From the NCBI GenBank assembly GCA_964016885.1, contig OZ024741.1, forward strand, positions 1 through 64,000: a stretch of 64,000 nucleotides of DNA, read 5' to 3'. The notes under the pieces are model-generated. The model was not told the DNA's origin and did no database searches. It worked only from the letters and a program-made list of their open reading frames with translations. Both the position numbers and the translations under genes were made by a program. The stretch comes from Eledone cirrhosa. Its lineage: Eukaryota. Positions 47,801 through 56,800 of the stretch are shown here, in pieces (the stretch's first letter is position 1; every line of letters begins with the position of its first letter).

Positions 47801-50800
47801 ACCAACAATAACACCAACAACAACAATAACATCAACACCAACAATAACACCAACACCAACAATAACACCAACAACAACAATAACATCAACACCAACAATA
47901 ACACCAACAACAACAATAACATCAACAACAACAATAACACCAACACCAACAATAACACCAACACCAACAATAACACCAACAACAAAAATAACACCAACAA
48001 CAACAATAACATCAACACCACCAATAACACCAACAACAACAATAACATCAACACCAACAATAACACCAACAACAACAATAACACCAACAACAACAATAAC
48101 ACCAACACCAACAATAACATCAACAACAACAATAACATCAACACCAACAATAACACCAACAACAACAATAACATCAACACCAACAATAACACCAACACCA
48201 ACAATAACACCAACAACAACAATAACATCAACACCAACAATAACACCAACACCAACAATAACACCAACAACAACAATAACATCAACACCACCAATAACAC
48301 CAACAACAACAATAACATCAACACCAACAATAACACCAACAACAACAATAACATCAACACCAACAATAACACCAACAACAACAATAACACCAACACCAAC
48401 AATAACACCAACAACAACAATAATACCAACAACAACAATAACACCAACACCAACAATAACACTAACACCAACAATAACACCAACAATAACACCAACACCA
48501 ACAATAACACCTACAACAATAACACCAACAACAACAATAACACCAACAACAACAATAACACCAACAACAACAATAACATCAACAACAACAATAACATCAA
48601 CAACAACAATAACACCAACAATAACACCAACACCAACAATAACACTAACAACAACAATAACACCAACACCAATAATAACACCAACAACAACAATAACACC
48701 AACACCAACAATAACACCAACGCCAACAATAACACCAACAACAACAATAACACCAACACCAACAATAACACCAACAACAACAATAACATCAACACCAACA
48801 ATAACACCAACACCAACAATAACACCAACAACAACAATAACACCAACAACAACAATAACACCAACAACAACAATAACACCAACACCAACAATAACACCAA
48901 CAACAACAATAACACCAACAATAACACCAACACCAACAATAACACCAACAACAACAATAACACCAACACCAACAATAACACCAACACCAACAATAACACC
49001 AACAACAACAATAACGTCAACACCAACAATAACACCAACACCAACAATAACACCAACAACAACAATAACACCAACAACAACAATAACACCAACACCAACA
49101 ATAACACCAACAACAACAATAACACCAACAATAACACCAACACCAACAATAACACCAACAACAACAATAACACCAACACCAACAATAACACCAACACCAA
49201 CAATAACACCAACAACAACAATAACACCAACACCAACAATAACACCAACAACAACAATAACACCAACACCAACAATAACACCAACAACAACAATAACATC
49301 AACAACAACAATAACAACAACAATAACACCAACAACAACAATAACACCAACAACAACAATAACACCAACACCAACAATAACACCAACACCTACAATAACA
49401 CCAACAACAACAATAACATCAACAACAACAATAACATCAACAACAACAATAACATCAACAACAACAATAACATCAACAACAACACCAACACCAACAATAT
49501 CACCAACAACAACAATAACACCAACACCAACAATAACACCAACAACAACAATAACACCAACAACAACAATAACACCAACAATAACACCAACAACAACAAT
49601 AACATCAACAACAACACCAACACCAACAATAACACCAACAACAACAATAACACCAACACCAACAATAACACCAACAACAACAATAACACAAACAACAACA
49701 ATAACACCAACAATAACACCAACGACAACAATAACACCAACAACCACAATAACACCAACAACCACAATAACACCAACAACAACAATAACACCAACAACAA
49801 CAATAACACCAACAACAACAATAACACCAACAACAACAATAACACCAACAACCACAATAACACCAAGAACAACAATAACACCAACAACAACAATAACACC
49901 AACAACAACAATAACACCAACAACAACAATAACACCAAGAACAACAATAACAACAACAACAACAATAACACCAACAATAACACCAACAACAACAATAACA
50001 CCAACAACAACAATAACACCAACAATAACACCAACAACAACAATTACACCAACAACAACAATAACACCAACAATAACACCAACACCAACAATAACACCAA
50101 CAATAACAATAACACCAACACGAACAATAACACCAACAACAACAATAACATCAACAACAACAATAACACCAACACCAACAATAACACCAACAATAACACC
50201 AACAATAACACCAACAATAACACCAACAATAACACCAACACCAACAATAACACCAACAACAACAATAACACCAACACCAACAATAACACCAACACCAACA
50301 ATAACACCAACAATAACACCAACAACAACAATAACATCAACAACAACAATAACACCAACACCAACAATAACACCAACAACAACAATAACGTCAACAACAA
50401 CAATAACACCAACACCAACAATAACACCAACAACAACAATAACATCAACAACAACAATAACACCAACAACAACAATAACACCAACAACAACAATAACACC
50501 AACATCAACAATAACACCAACAACAACAATAACATCAACAACAACAATAACACCAACACCAACAATAACACCAACACCAACAATAACACCAACAACAACA
50601 ATAACACCAACAACAACAATAACACCAACAACAACAATAACATCAACAACAACAATAACATCAACAACAACAATAACACCAACAATAACACCAACAACAA
50701 CAATAACACCAACACCAACAATAACACCAACACCAACAATAACACCAACAACAACAATAACACCAACACCAACAATAACACCAACACCAACAATAACACC

Positions 50801-53800
50801 AACAACAACAATAACAACAACAACAACAATAACATCAACAACAACACCAACACCTCTAATAACATCAACAACAACAATAACACCAACACCAACAATAACA
50901 CCAACAACATCAATAACACCAATAACAACAATAACACCAACAACAACAATAACACCAACAACAACAATAACACCAACAATAACACCAACAACAACAATAA
51001 CATCAGCACCAACAATAACACCAACACCAACAATAACACCAACACCAACAATAACACCAACAACAACAATAACACCAACAACAACAATAACACCAACAAC
51101 AACAATAACATCAACAACAATAACACCAACAACAACAATAACACCAACAATAACACCAACAATAACACCAACAACAACAATAACACCAACAACAACAATA
51201 ACACCAACAACAACAATAACACCAACAACAACAATAACATCAACACCACCAATAACACCAACAACAACAATAACATCAACACCAACAATAACACCAACAA
51301 CAACAATAACACCAACAACAACAATAACATCAACAACAACAATAACATCAACACCAACAATAACACCAACAACAACAATAACATCAACACCAACAATAAC
51401 ACCAACACCAACAATAACACCAACAACAACAATAACATCAACACCAACAATAACACCAACAACAACAATAACATCAACAACAACAATAACACCAACACCA
51501 ACAATAACACCAACACCAACAATAACACCAACAACAAAAATAACACCAACAACAACAATAACATCAACACCACCAATAACACCAACAACAACAATAACAT
51601 CAACACCAACAATAACACCAACAACAACAATAACACCAACAACAACAATAACACCAACACCAACAATAACATCAACAACAACAATAACATCAACACCAAC
51701 AATAACACCAACAACAACAATAACATCAACACCAACAATAACACCAACACCAACAATAACACCAACAACAACAATAACATCAACACCAACAATAACACCA
51801 ACACCAACAATAACACCAACAACAACAATAACATCAACACCACCAATAACACCAACAACAACAATAACATCAACACCAACAATAACACCAACAACAACAA
51901 TAACATCAACACCAACAATAACACCAACAACAACAATAACACCAACACCAACAATAACACCAACAACAACAATAATACCAACAACAACAATAACACCAAC
52001 ACCAACAATAACACTAACACCAACAATAACACCAACAATAACACCAACACCAACAATAACACCTACAACAATAACACCAACAACAACAATAACACCAACA
52101 ACAACAATAACACCAACAACAACAATAACATCAACAACAACAATAACATCAACAACAACAATAACACCAACAATAACACCAACACCAACAATAACACTAA
52201 CAACAACAATAACACCAACACCAATAATAACACCAACAACAACAATAACACCAACACCAACAATAACACCAACGCCAACAATAACACCAACAACAACAAT
52301 AACACCAACACCAACAATAACACCAACAACAACAATAACATCAACACCAACAATAACACCAACACCAACAATAACACCAACAACAACAATAACACCAACA
52401 ACAACAATAACACCAACAACAACAATAACACCAACACCAACAATAACACCAACAACAACAATAACACCAACAATAACACCAACACCAACAATAACACCAA
52501 CAACAACAATAACACCAACACCAACAATAACACCAACACCAACAATAACACCAACAACAACAATAACGTCAACACCAACAATAACACCAACACCAACAAT
52601 AACACCAACAACAACAATAACACCAACAACAACAATAACACCAACACCAACAATAACACCAACAACAACAATAACACCAACAATAACACCAACACCAACA
52701 ATAACACCAACAACAACAATAACACCAACACCAACAATAACACCAACACCAACAATAACACCAACAACAACAATAACACCAACACCAACAATAACACCAA
52801 CAACAACAATAACACCAACAACAACAATAACACCAACACCAACAATAACACCAACAACAACAATAACACCAACAATAACACCAACACCAACAATAACACC
52901 AACACCAACAATAACACCAACAACAACAATAACATCAACACCAACAATAACACCAACACCAACAATAACACCAACAACAACAATAACACCAACAACAACA
53001 ATAACACCAACACCAACAATAACACCAACACCAACAATAACACCAACAATAACACCAACACCAACAATAACACCAACAACAACAATAACACCAACACCAA
53101 CAATAACACCAACACCAACAATAACACCAACAACAACAATAACACCAACACCAACAATAACACCAACAACAACAATAACATCAACAACAACAATAACAAC
53201 AACAATAACACCAACAACAACAATAACACCAACAACAACAATAACACCAACACCAACAATAACACCAACACCTACAATAACACCAACAACAACAATAACA
53301 TCAACAACAACAATAACATCAACAACAACAATAACATCAACAACAACAATAACATCAACAACAACACCAACACCAACAATATCACCAACAACAACAATAA
53401 CACCAACACCAACAATAACACCAACAACAACAATAACACCAACAACAACAATAACACCAACAATAACACCAACAACAACAATAACATCAACAACAACACC
53501 AACACCAACAATAACACCAACAACAACAATAACACCAACACCAACAATAACACCAACAACAACAATAACACAAACAACAACAATAACACCAACAATAACA
53601 CCAACGACAACAATAACACCAACAACCACAATAACACCAACAACCACAATAACACCAACAACAACAATAACACCAACAACAACAATAACACCAACAACAA
53701 CAATAACACCAACAACAACAATAACACCAACAACCACAATAACACCAAGAACAACAATAACACCAACAACAACAATAACACCAACAACAACAATAACACC

Positions 53801-56800
53801 AACAACAACAATAACACCAAGAACAACAATAACAACAACAACAACAATAACACCAACAACAACAATAACACCAACAATAACACCAACAACAACAATTACA
53901 CCAACAACAACAATAACACCAACAATAACACCAACACCAACAATAACACCAACAATAACAATAACACCAACACCAACAATAACACCAACAACAACAATAA
54001 CATCAACAACAACAATAACACCAACACCAACAATAACACCAACAATAACACCAACAATAACACCAACAATAACACCAACAATAACACCAACACCAACAAT
54101 AACACCAACAACAACAATAACACCAACACCAACAATAACACCAACACCAACAATAACACCAACAATAACACCAACAACAACAATAACATCAACAACAACA
54201 ATAACACCAACACCAACAATAACACCAACAACAACAATAACGTCAACAACAACAATAACACCAACACCAACAATAACACCAACAACAACAATAACATCAA
54301 CAACAACAATAACACCAACAACAACAATAACACCAACAACAACAATAACACCAACATCAACAATAACACCAACAACAACAATAACATCAACAACAACAAT
54401 AACACCAACACCAACAATAACACCAACACCAACAATAACACCAACAACAACAATAACACCAACAACAACAATAACACCAACAACAACAATAACATCAACA
54501 ACAACAATAACATCAACAACAACAATAACACCAACAATAACACCAACAACAACAATAACACCAACACCAACAATAACACCAACACCAACAATAACACCAA
54601 CAACAACAATAACACCAACACCAACAATAACACCAACACCAACAATAACACCAACAACAACAATAACAACAACAACAACAATAACATCAACAACAACACC
54701 AACACCTCTAATAACATCAACAACAACAATAACACCAACACCAACAATAACACCAACAACAACAATAACACCAATAACAACAATAACACCAACAACAACA
54801 ATAACACCAACAACAACAATAACACCAACAATAACACCAACAACAACAATAACATCAGCACCAACAATAACACCAACACCAACAATAACACCAACACCAA
54901 CAATAACACCAACAACAACAATAACACCAACAACAACAATAACACCAACAACAACAATAACATCAACAACAATAACACCAACAACAACAATAACACCAAC
55001 AATAACACCAACAATAACACCAACAACAACAATAACACCAACAACAACAATAACACCAACAACAACAATAACACCAACAACAACAATAACACCAACAACA
55101 ACAATAACACCAACAACAACAATAACACCAACAACAACAATAACAACAACAACAACAATAACATCAACAACAACAATAACATCAACAACAACAATAACAC
55201 CAACACCAACAATAACACCAACACCAACAATAACACCAACACCAACAATAACACCAACACCAACAATAACACCAACACCAACAATAACACCAACAACAAC
55301 AATAACATCAACAACAACAATAACACCAACACCAACAATAACACCAACACCAACAATAACACCAACACCAACAATAACACCAACACCAACAATAACACCA
55401 ATACCAACAATAACACCAACAACAACAATAACACCAACAACAACAATAACACCAACAACAACAATAACACCAACAACAACAATAACATCAACAACAACAA
55501 TAACATCAACAACAACAATAACACCAACAACAACAATAACACCAACAATAACACCAACAACAACAATAACACCTACAACAACAATAACACCAACACCAAC
55601 AATAACACCAACACCAACAATAACACCAACAACAACAATAAAACCAACAACAACAATAACACCAACAACAACAATAAGACCAACACCAACAATAACACCA
55701 ACACCAACAATAACACCAACACCAACAATAACACCTACAACAACAATAACACCAACACCAACAATAACACCAACGCCAACAATAACACCAACAACAACAA
55801 TAACACCAACACCAACAATAACACCAACACCAACAATAGCACCAACAACGACAATAACACCAACAACAACAATAACACCAACAACAACAATAACACCAAC
55901 ACCAACAATAACACCAACAACAACAATAACACCAACACCAACAATAACACCAACAACAACAATAACACCAACAACAACAATAACATCAACAACAATAATA
56001 ACATCAACAACAACAATAACATCAACAACAACACCAACACCAACAATAATACCAACAACAACAATAACACCAACACCAACAATAACACCAACACCAACAA
56101 TAACACCAACAACAACAATAACACCAACAACAACAATAACACCAACAACAATAATAACATCAACAACAATAACACCAACAATAACACCAACAATAACACC
56201 AACAACAACAATAACACCAACAATAACACCAACAACAACAATAACACCAACAACAACAATAACATCAACAACAATAACACCAACAATAACACCAACATCA
56301 ACAATAACACCAACAACCACAATAACACCAACAACAACAATAACACCAACAACCACAATAACTCCAACAACAACAATAACAACAACAACAACAATAACAC
56401 CAACAACAACAATAACACCAACAACAACAATAACACCAACAACAACAATAACACCAACAACAACAATAACACCAACAACCACAATAACACCAACAACAAC
56501 AATAACACCAACAACAACAATAACACCAACAATAACACCAACAACAACAATAACACCAACAACAACAATAACACCAACAATAACACCAACACCAACAATA
56601 ACACCAACAATAACAATAACACCAACACCAACAATAACACCAACAACAACAATAATATCAACAACAACAATAACACCAACAACAACAATAACACCAACAA
56701 TAACACCAACAACAACAATAACACCAACAACAACAATAGCACCAACAATAAGACCAACAACAACAATAACACCAACAACAACAATAACACCAACAATAAC

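Noticed and set aside
1405-55642. AATAAA hexamers at 1405, 8212, 19028, 19796, 24008 and 55637
   Set aside because: These are single C>A changes of the ubiquitous AATAAC, several copied by duplication, with no downstream GU/U-rich element on this strand.
11687-56482. 14,931-aa minus-strand ORF of GVIVVV/DVIVVV (and 55735..62487)
   Set aside because: It is the antisense of the AAC/AAT/ACC register and is stop-free by construction. Its start is a point variant, and it has no domains and an implausibly hydrophobic composition.
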